From positions 248,001-312,000 of IMG/VR virus record IMGVR_UViG_3300005529_000001: DNA of 64,000 bases. One strand, written 5' to 3'. Shown here piece by piece: positions 57,444-64,000 of the stretch (position 1 is its first letter; each line of letters starts with the position of its first letter). Under the pieces are notes generated by a model, which was not told the origin of the DNA, did not search any database, and worked only from the letters and a program-made list of their open reading frames with translations. A program made the position numbers and the translations under genes.

Positions 57444-59129
57444 CTACTGAAGCGCTGAGGAAAACTCCGCCGGAAACATCTTAGCGTTGGTCCGGAAGAA
57501 CCGCTCCCAATCACTGTCAAGGATGTATGACGTGGCATGGTCGGTGTCATTGCGGATCGATCTCCCAAAGGCTTGGATGACTGCTCGGGCCGTCATCATC
57601 GCGTACCAGTTGGAGTTCTTGGCTTTTCGCAACTGGATGACTCGGTCACCCAAGTATGGGAACGGAACCTTGCAGAGGATCTGGAACCTGCTTGCGTCAT
57701 CGGCGAGGTCAACGCCCTCAGTCATCGACGGGCTGATGAGGACAGTGGGCTCATCGCTAGCCATGTGTCGTTCAATGGTTTCATCGCGGTTCTCGCTGTT
57801 GTGTAACAACAACCGTTTGTTCTTCAGTTTCTCGACCAGGTACTGAGCGATCCGGTAGTTGACACAGTGGATGATGCCTTTTTCCTTGGCATGGAGGTCG
57901 AGCAAGTCCTTCACAGTCGACGCCAATACGGGCAATGTCGCATCGATCTGGTTCATCGACATGCTACCAACACCAAGGTAGTGGATGGGACGGTTCTCTT
58001 TCGGGAACGGTGAGGGTAGTTGTAAGTACGCCGCGTCGTTTGGGTCAATGCCCACCGACTTGCAGAAAGTGTCCTTGTCAACAACGGTCGCTGACATCAG
58101 GAGAGTTCGAGTCCCATAGTGATACAGGTGACTCTCACCGAAAGCGGCGACGTCGACAGGCTTGAATTCAAACTTGCGGCCGCCACGAGTCCCCTCAGGG
58201 GCCTTCACGAAATTCATGACCCAACTGTCTGGGGAATACGACTCAATGAAGCGATTGACTTTACAGATGTGCTTGTCAAGCATCTCGTACCGCTTGCTCA
58301 TCTCGCCAAGGCCTGACGTGACGTTACCGCTAAAGTGTTTGGAGAGCTCTTTCTCGAGCCCCTTCATCTGCCTTGCGACGGTGTTCTTGTATGGTCCTTT
58401 CACCCACTCGAAGACCCGTTCAGGCGAGTCGAGCCTGGGGACTTTGCAACCCAGGGCCTTGGCGAACTTCTCAGAAAAGGTGACCTCGACGAACTTACCA
58501 AGCTCGCTTTCGATATTGTGACACTCGTCAATGACCAGCAATGCACGTGGTTGGAGCTGCTTGGCATACATCGTCTCAGCCAAAAAGTACGAGTTGTTGG
58601 TGATTCCGATCGGGTGCTCAAGGAACTCTGACTTGTCGATCATGTATGGGCACGAACCCCGGCAACACTTGTGGAAGTCGGTCCCCTCCAGCTGCTTACC
58701 CAGCTGCTTGAGCAGGCGTCGGCTCTCGGCACACGATTGGTCGCTGTAGAATCTGCACTCGTAGTTAGAAGCCGACTTCAGAGACCGCATTAGGTTCCGG
58801 CCGCTGCTCGGGCCAAAGTCCTTCATGTATTGCTCTTGCAAAATCTTCTGGGTCGTCAGGACGTATGCACCCGACGTCTCAACATCGTCCCCATCTTCAA
58901 AACCCGGGAGAGGAGGCGCGAATGTGCGTTCGCCCTGTGCTTCAAGAACACGAGCTAACGTGATGCCGATGGCACTCTTTCCGCAGCCGGTACCCAGCTC
59001 TAAAATAACAAACCGCTTCTTCTGGTTCAAGAAGGCATCCAGGGCGAACTCGATCGCTTGGTGTTGCTCTTGCCTTACCGATGAGAAGGGAAAGTATGGG
59101 CGGTAATCGGGCACTGGCATGTCAGCCAC
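57444..59129 (-). CDS. DinG/XPD-like Fe-S ATP-dependent DNA helicase
   Basis: GTGCGKS, LQEQY, Cys cluster, IDECH, MSAT, PSPF, EGVDL, KVPFP, QAFGRSIR..D. Confidence 0.9.
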   Translation of the reverse strand: MADMPVPDYRPYFPFSSVRQEQHQAIEFALDAFLNQKKRFVILELGTGCGKSAIGITLARVLEAQGERTFAPPLPGFEDGDDVETSGAYVLTTQKILQEQYMKDFGPSSGRNLMRSLKSASNYECRFYSDQSCAESRRLLKQLGKQLEGTDFHKCCRGSCPYMIDKSEFLEHPIGITNNSYFLAETMYAKQLQPRALLVIDECHNIESELGKFVEVTFSEKFAKALGCKVPRLDSPERVFEWVKGPYKNTVARQMKGLEKELSKHFSGNVTSGLGEMSKRYEMLDKHICKVNRFIESYSPDSWVMNFVKAPEGTRGGRKFEFKPVDVAAFGESHLYHYGTRTLLMSATVVDKDTFCKSVGIDPNDAAYLQLPSPFPKENRPIHYLGVGSMSMNQIDATLPVLASTVKDLLDLHAKEKGIIHCVNYRIAQYLVEKLKNKRLLLHNSENRDETIERHMASDEPTVLISPSMTEGVDLADDASRFQILCKVPFPYLGDRVIQLRKAKNSNWYAMMTARAVIQAFGRSIRNDTDHATSYILDSDWERFFRTNAKMFPAEFSSALQ

Positions 59130-59160
59130 ACCATACCCAACGCTGTGTGGTTTCTACAAC

Positions 59161-59766
59161 TCAGGCACCGATGATCTTGTCAACAATGCCTAGCTTGATC
59201 GCGTCTTCGGGTGTCAAAAAGTAGTCAAGCATCGGGCGCATAAAGTCCTTCTCTACTTTCTCCTTTGACATCTTTGTCTCTTTCACGAGAGCGCTGACCA
59301 TCAGCTCCTGGAGCCGGCGCGCTTCTTTTGTCTCGTTTTCCATCTCAAAGATGTTTCCCATGACGCCTCCTGAGATCGGGTGGATCATGATGCGTGCAGA
59401 TGCACCGATCAACCGCTTGCCCTTGACTCCAGATGCCAGCAAGAGCACGCCTGCCGACATCACCTTTCCCAAACCCACCGTGTGAACGGGACACGGCAAA
59501 AACTTGAGGATGTCATAGAGAGAAAACATCTCGTCAACGCTGCCACCGTAGGTTGACACAACAAGATAGATCGGGTTCCGATTCAGGTTAGCGAGGTGTA
59601 GTAATTGCGCGATAACATTCGCAATCGAGTGTTCGCTGACCTCGCTATGCAAGTACACGATCCGAGTGTTGTCTACTTGCGACGCTAGAGCACGAGTGAG
59701 ATGCTCGATCTGATCTTCTTCTTCCGCAGTGACACGGTTCCGGTTTTCAAGCGTCGCTCGACCCAT
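59161..59766 (-). CDS. clpP: ClpP-like protease proteolytic subunit
   Basis: RIVYL, STYGGSV, VHTVGLG.VMSAG (Ser), IMIH (His), D.FLTPEDAIKLGIVDKI (Asp). Confidence 0.9.
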   Translation of the reverse strand: MGRATLENRNRVTAEEEDQIEHLTRALASQVDNTRIVYLHSEVSEHSIANVIAQLLHLANLNRNPIYLVVSTYGGSVDEMFSLYDILKFLPCPVHTVGLGKVMSAGVLLLASGVKGKRLIGASARIMIHPISGGVMGNIFEMENETKEARRLQELMVSALVKETKMSKEKVEKDFMRPMLDYFLTPEDAIKLGIVDKIIGA

Positions 59767-60001
59767 CTGGACCTCCCATTACAAACAGATCTTCGCCACC
59801 CAACTCACGAACGAGCTTGGTGATCGCCTTCATCTGTTCAACATTCTCGAGTTCTGAGCTCAACAGGTAGACAAGAAACAACGTCTGACGTTGTGTCAAG
59901 CCTCCTTGCAAGTTGATTTCACGCACAATCTGGCGACAGTGCTCGTTTTCTTCGGCACGTTTTTCAGATTGCATCTGCCCATAGCGCACCGCGTCAGTCA
60001 C
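59747..60001 (-). CDS. Hypothetical protein
   Basis: Operon packing upstream of clpP. Confidence 0.55.
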   Translation of the reverse strand: MTDAVRYGQMQSEKRAEENEHCRQIVREINLQGGLTQRQTLFLVYLLSSELENVEQMKAITKLVRELGGEDLFVMGGPDGSSDA

Positions 60002-60468
60002 TTGACGACCTCTTCTTCACGTTCAAACCCGGCAACATCAAACATGTTTTCACCCAAGATACGAACGTACTTACCGGAACGGGTTCCAGCATCAGTGTCA
60101 GATGCCAAAACCACGAACTCTCCCCACTTCTTGTTGTCATAGATGTGTTTAGCCATCTCCCACGTTGGAAGGTCACAATCACTGCCCTCCAAGATGTCAG
60201 CCAACCTGGGTGCAAGCGATGCTTTGATATCAGCGATCGTCACAATTGAGTTCATCGATTCCTTGCCGCTGATGATCTCTGAACGGTTGATCTCCACCAC
60301 ACGGTGGACGATGCCACAGTTATTGCACTGAGCATACTTTGGGATCACAGTATCATCGTCAGCAACGACAGAAAACACGGTGAACTGGTGCAAGGGTGGC
60401 GAGGCTGCCCGTTTGAACTGCGGCAACGTGCAACGACACGTCACCAGGTGCTTCAAGCCCATTGACAT
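59998..60468 (-). CDS. Hypothetical Cys-containing (Zn-binding) protein
   Basis: CRC...H...CNNC..H.. Confidence 0.6.
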   Translation of the reverse strand: MSMGLKHLVTCRCTLPQFKRAASPPLHQFTVFSVVADDDTVIPKYAQCNNCGIVHRVVEINRSEIISGKESMNSIVTIADIKASLAPRLADILEGSDCDLPTWEMAKHIYDNKKWGEFVVLASDTDAGTRSGKYVRILGENMFDVAGFEREEEVVK

Positions 60469-60513
60469 CAGTTCACCCTCTCAGGGCGTGCCATGCTGCC
60501 GCCAGCCTGGTTT

Positions 60514-60804
60514 TCAGGGGCGGCCTGCGTTTTTTTTCGCTGTTGACTGTTCACGAGCAAGGGCGGCGGGAGCCGCAACGACGGCCTGGTCAACAACCTT
60601 GCAGTATGACCGGAACCCACGATGGTAGCCTTCCTCAAGGGAGGCGTTGATGATCGCCATCAACTTTGTGACTTCCTCGGGCTTGATGTCAAGCTGCGAA
60701 GCTCGCAATGCTTGCGTCACGTTCGTTGACACGGCGTCTTTCATGCCCTCCATCAACGTCCAAGAGGCTTTGCTCAGCATGTCGCGCGGGTTCTTCTCTC
60801 CCAT
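60514..60804 (-). CDS. Hypothetical protein
   Basis: TAGAAT and GGAAGG SD upstream. Confidence 0.55.
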   Translation of the reverse strand: MGEKNPRDMLSKASWTLMEGMKDAVSTNVTQALRASQLDIKPEEVTKLMAIINASLEEGYHRGFRSYCKVVDQAVVAAPAALAREQSTAKKNAGRP

Positions 60805-60866
60805 GGTGCACCTTCCAACATTCTAGCTGCCTACTTAGAGCCAGTAAACCAGCAGAGGGGATCTCG

Positions 60867-62297
60867 ATGGCACCATCGCTCAAAGAACGGTACGACCAAC
60901 GCCAGCTGCAACTGCTCCAGGAACACACCAGAGCAGCTGACGCGCAACTGTTGCAAGAACAACAAACCGCTGAGTTGTTGCTCGAAGCGATGGATCCTGA
61001 AGACTTGCAAAAAGTCACCGCGATCGTTCAGAAACTAGACACGATCAAATCTCCAGAGCTTCCTCACCTGTCACAAGCGATCGAACAAGCCCAGGCTGAA
61101 CTAAACAAGTACACGGGTGGTGGGCCCATTGCTGCGGCTTGGTCCAAGCTAAAGACCAAGGTCGGTATCGATAACCCGGTCGTCAAGGTCACCACGTTTG
61201 CCGACGCTCTCGAGCGTGGGTTTTCACAGATCCCAACGATCTTGAAAAACAATGGGGTTGACCTCGCAAAAACGGATCTCAACAAGAGCTTGTCGACCAC
61301 GTTACAAACACAACAGCCCACTGGTGCTGGTGATGGTGAAGGCGGGACCAAGTCAAACGTTACAGGCAAAGCGAATGACAAGGAAGACCTTGAATACAAG
61401 CCCACGCCCAAGAAGATCGGGGCCAAGAGCGATGAAGAGCTGGGCAAAGCTCGCTTTGGTGACAACAGGAAGAACGACGAGACCCACTACGACATTCCAG
61501 GTCCATCTGGGACCCAACCCGGGACCAAGCCAGGAACTGCCCCTGCAACGGCAAAGAAACCGCCGCCAGCACAGCGCACAGGAGGCCAGGACCAGCCACC
61601 AAAACCCGCTCCTGGGGTGAAAAAACCGCTAGCAGCTAGCAGGAAGATCTCATCGGCTGACGAGGGACACAACCTTGATGAGGCAGGGCCGAGCGCGAGC
61701 GTTTCGGGTGATCAAAAGCTGAAGAACATTGTCGCTCAAATACGCAAAGCCCTAGCGCCGGGAGGCTTGTTTGGGGCATTCAAACGAATCCCATACATCG
61801 ATAGCGCTGCGCTTGCTCAAGAGCTTGTCCAAGCGCCAATCAAGGTCTTTTCGAACGTTGCAAAACGCATCCAAGCAGGAGCAAAAGCATCTGAGATCGC
61901 GCCTGACATGCGTAACCAGATCCAGGGCCAGGGTGACCAACAGACAAAGCACGCGAACACAGCGACTCCCACCAAACAAGCTGGGCAATCGCAACCCGGA
62001 CAGCCAGCCAAGCCGACCACGGCTACGACTGACACGACGAGCACCGGACAGCAGCCTCCCAAGGGTCCGGGTGAAAAACGTGGTGGTGGAGCCGAAGCGA
62101 AAAGCCCGAGCGAAGCGGGCGGAACATCTCCCTCTCAAAAAGCCCAGCAGTTTCGTTCGGGTCTTGACAAGATCTACAAGGGAGCCGGCGTTGATGCCAA
62201 CATGGGCCAGAAGCTCTTGAAGTACCTCATCAACAACAAACTCCTGGACCGCGGTGCCGTTGAAACACACGGTGCTGGTGAACCAAAAGCAGCCTAG
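60867..62297 (+). CDS. Hypothetical late protein with low-complexity linkers (possible head-internal protein)
   Basis: Start ATG 60867 with GAGGGG SD and TACTTA on the plus strand; LQE/LLE/LDE motifs; ends PKAA. Confidence 0.65.
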   Translation: MAPSLKERYDQRQLQLLQEHTRAADAQLLQEQQTAELLLEAMDPEDLQKVTAIVQKLDTIKSPELPHLSQAIEQAQAELNKYTGGGPIAAAWSKLKTKVGIDNPVVKVTTFADALERGFSQIPTILKNNGVDLAKTDLNKSLSTTLQTQQPTGAGDGEGGTKSNVTGKANDKEDLEYKPTPKKIGAKSDEELGKARFGDNRKNDETHYDIPGPSGTQPGTKPGTAPATAKKPPPAQRTGGQDQPPKPAPGVKKPLAASRKISSADEGHNLDEAGPSASVSGDQKLKNIVAQIRKALAPGGLFGAFKRIPYIDSAALAQELVQAPIKVFSNVAKRIQAGAKASEIAPDMRNQIQGQGDQQTKHANTATPTKQAGQSQPGQPAKPTTATTDTTSTGQQPPKGPGEKRGGGAEAKSPSEAGGTSPSQKAQQFRSGLDKIYKGAGVDANMGQKLLKYLINNKLLDRGAVETHGAGEPKAA

Positions 62298-63490
62298 GAC
62301 AGGTAAGCACCGAGCTGAGACAGGGTCTTGATGCACCTGTCGGCATGCACGCGCGCTGACATCTCAGTCGCCACAAGCTCACCTGTTTCAGTCACGCCAA
62401 AATCTACGGCAGACTTGATGGCACGAAGCGCGTTGTCGATGGCTTGCGAACAGACAACATAGTCTCTGTCATCAGGCAACCTGATGATGACATGGTTTGG
62501 GCTCAATGACTTGATCCGCTTGTCAAGGAGCTTTCCCTTGTCATCGACTTGTTCGTCTTCACGGCGCTTACGTAAGTTAGCGACATGTACAGCGACCTGG
62601 GCATGGGTGGAGGTGTTTGCAACGATCGTCCGGCCCTTGAAAACAGTGACCTGTTCAACGTAAGGTGCATCATGAAACTTGATCGAACTGATCAGATCAC
62701 CCTTGAGGCTTGACACTAGGTCAGCCCCACAAACAACCGAGAGATCGACCAAAGAGTTCATCCCGTCAAGATCAAACGGGGCGCTGATGGGCAACATCCT
62801 CAAGCTACCACGGTCATAGTTGACCTTCAAGGTGTGCTTGACATCATTGCTCATCCCACGAAGGAAAACAACGACGGGTTCTTTTGCTGTAGCAGCAGCT
62901 TCAAGCAAGTGATGGATCTCGGACACTTCTTCAACATACCCGTCGATGCAAACCACTCGCGGATGGACAAAGCTGGCGTCGATGGGCAAGATCGGGACCA
63001 AATCAAACGTGTAACCCCTCACAAGCTCAACGGAAGGAGTGAGGGAGTGTGTCTTCTCGATGATGATGCGGCCGCCGTAACCAGCTAGCTCGAGAGCACG
63101 TTCTAACATCTTTGTGGTACGAACTCCCGCTCGAGAAGCATGGGCGTTGACGAGGCTTCTCACGTCAGCGGCAGTGGCTGACCTGGGTTCCAATTGGGTG
63201 GGACGCGGGGGTACTTCAAGTGCACCCAATTTTTCAAGAACGAGGTCAACGGTGCGGTCAAAGCCCCCGGGACCCAATTTTTCTGCATGGAGGGCGTGGG
63301 TCATGATAGTTTCATGGACCGACCTGTCAAACTCAGAAGACATCTTCGAGTTGAAAACGACCTGCATGTGAGAGTGGACCAGCAAGCGGTCTTTCTCACG
63401 GACCAACGCCGCCCTGACATCCTTCATGGCAACAAGCCGAGCACGCACTCTCCTGAGCGTTGCTGCTGAATCAATGTTGACGTCTCCCAC
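62294..63490 (-). CDS. Divergent, truncated GroEL/cpn60-like chaperonin
   Basis: G.IIIE......ELVRGYTF, HHLLE.A....EPVVVF, TLKVN..RG, L.DL.VVCGA, LLDKRIKSL....IR, IDNALRA.KSAV..G match the GroEL intermediate/apical domains. Confidence 0.75.
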   Translation of the reverse strand: MGDVNIDSAATLRRVRARLVAMKDVRAALVREKDRLLVHSHMQVVFNSKMSSEFDRSVHETIMTHALHAEKLGPGGFDRTVDLVLEKLGALEVPPRPTQLEPRSATAADVRSLVNAHASRAGVRTTKMLERALELAGYGGRIIIEKTHSLTPSVELVRGYTFDLVPILPIDASFVHPRVVCIDGYVEEVSEIHHLLEAAATAKEPVVVFLRGMSNDVKHTLKVNYDRGSLRMLPISAPFDLDGMNSLVDLSVVCGADLVSSLKGDLISSIKFHDAPYVEQVTVFKGRTIVANTSTHAQVAVHVANLRKRREDEQVDDKGKLLDKRIKSLSPNHVIIRLPDDRDYVVCSQAIDNALRAIKSAVDFGVTETGELVATEMSARVHADRCIKTLSQLGAYLS

Positions 63491-63507
63491 CTGGAGACTC
63501 TACACCC

Positions 63508-63939
63508 TTACTGTGTGTAGTGGATAAGAAGGTGACCGGTGAGGATATCAAAAACGAGCTTCCCAGCTCCCGTAAGAGCAGCCGTTCCCGCGAGACCCAA
63601 GAGCCCCTTGATGACCCAGTTTGCGGTGTTGATCCAGTTCAACGCACCCTTGACCTTCTGGTAAAGGCCCTCGTCCTTGTCATAGATCGCTTTGTGAACC
63701 TCATCCAGCTTTTTCACCTGGGTGTCCTGGCCCATCTTGACGTCTTTGAGATCGGTCTCAATCGTGTCGATCTTGCTGATTTTTTCCATGAGGTGATCGA
63801 AACCACCGTTCAGGACATGGGCGTCTTCGAGCTTCCTGTCAAGCTTGGCCAGGACATCATCCTGTGCCGCAAGACGCTCAACGATCTCCGACGTTGTTGG
63901 CTTTCTACCCGGGACTAGTGCAGCTTTCTTGGTGGCCAT
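63508..63939 (-). CDS. Coiled-coil protein with C-terminal transmembrane helix (holin-like, unconfirmed)
   Basis: Heptad region followed by hydrophobic WVIKGLLGLAGTAALTGAG. Confidence 0.5.
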   Translation of the reverse strand: MATKKAALVPGRKPTTSEIVERLAAQDDVLAKLDRKLEDAHVLNGGFDHLMEKISKIDTIETDLKDVKMGQDTQVKKLDEVHKAIYDKDEGLYQKVKGALNWINTANWVIKGLLGLAGTAALTGAGKLVFDILTGHLLIHYTQ

Positions 63940-64000
63940 GCTCTCTCGCGACGCGCGTTAAAGACCCTGATCCCTAGAGATCTTTACCACTCTGACCACT

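Noticed and set aside
60708-60866. N-terminal 53 aa of the 529 aa ORF-track call
   Set aside because: It overlaps the divergent gene 60514..60804; the SD and promoter motif support a start at 60867.
1-64000. Stop-codon reassignment, CRISPR array, introns or inteins
   Set aside because: Core genes (capsid, portal, terminase, helicase) are full length in code 11. I saw no regular repeat-spacer pattern and no intein or intron-sized insertions by eye.

Overview
This window is a 64 kb segment of a large, T4-like (myovirus-type, probably jumbo) bacteriophage genome, almost all on the minus strand and in the standard genetic code. In window order it carries: (1) tail sheath (runs off the left edge), gp15/gp14/gp13-like neck genes and a tandem array of LamG/ConA-like lectin-domain fibre genes; (2) an accessory block with a DUF4031 protein, an SGNH lipoprotein, a SAM methyltransferase and a complete tmRNA (tag ANDNGFADDVRLAA); (3) the head module: major capsid, scaffold, prohead protease, portal and large terminase, interleaved with peptide deformylase and a GIY-YIG endonuclease; (4) SbcCD, primase, RuvC-like and gp4-like genes; (5) large virion/baseplate-type proteins; (6) PIN-PhoH, a sigma-region-4-only protein, a histone H1-like protein, a DinG-like helicase, ClpP and a truncated GroEL-like protein. 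The most unusual observations are an SbcD nuclease split inside its catalytic domain with charge-complementary beta-strand-like tails at the break, a phage tmRNA plus ClpP alongside several phage proteins ending in ssrA-like -KAA, two strand-specific promoter grammars (TA[C/T/G]TTA mostly before virion genes; TAnnnT exactly 6 nt before start codons, implying leaderless mRNAs), and a shared amphipathic head-targeting-like motif. Family calls come from motifs recognised by eye; no database searches were run.
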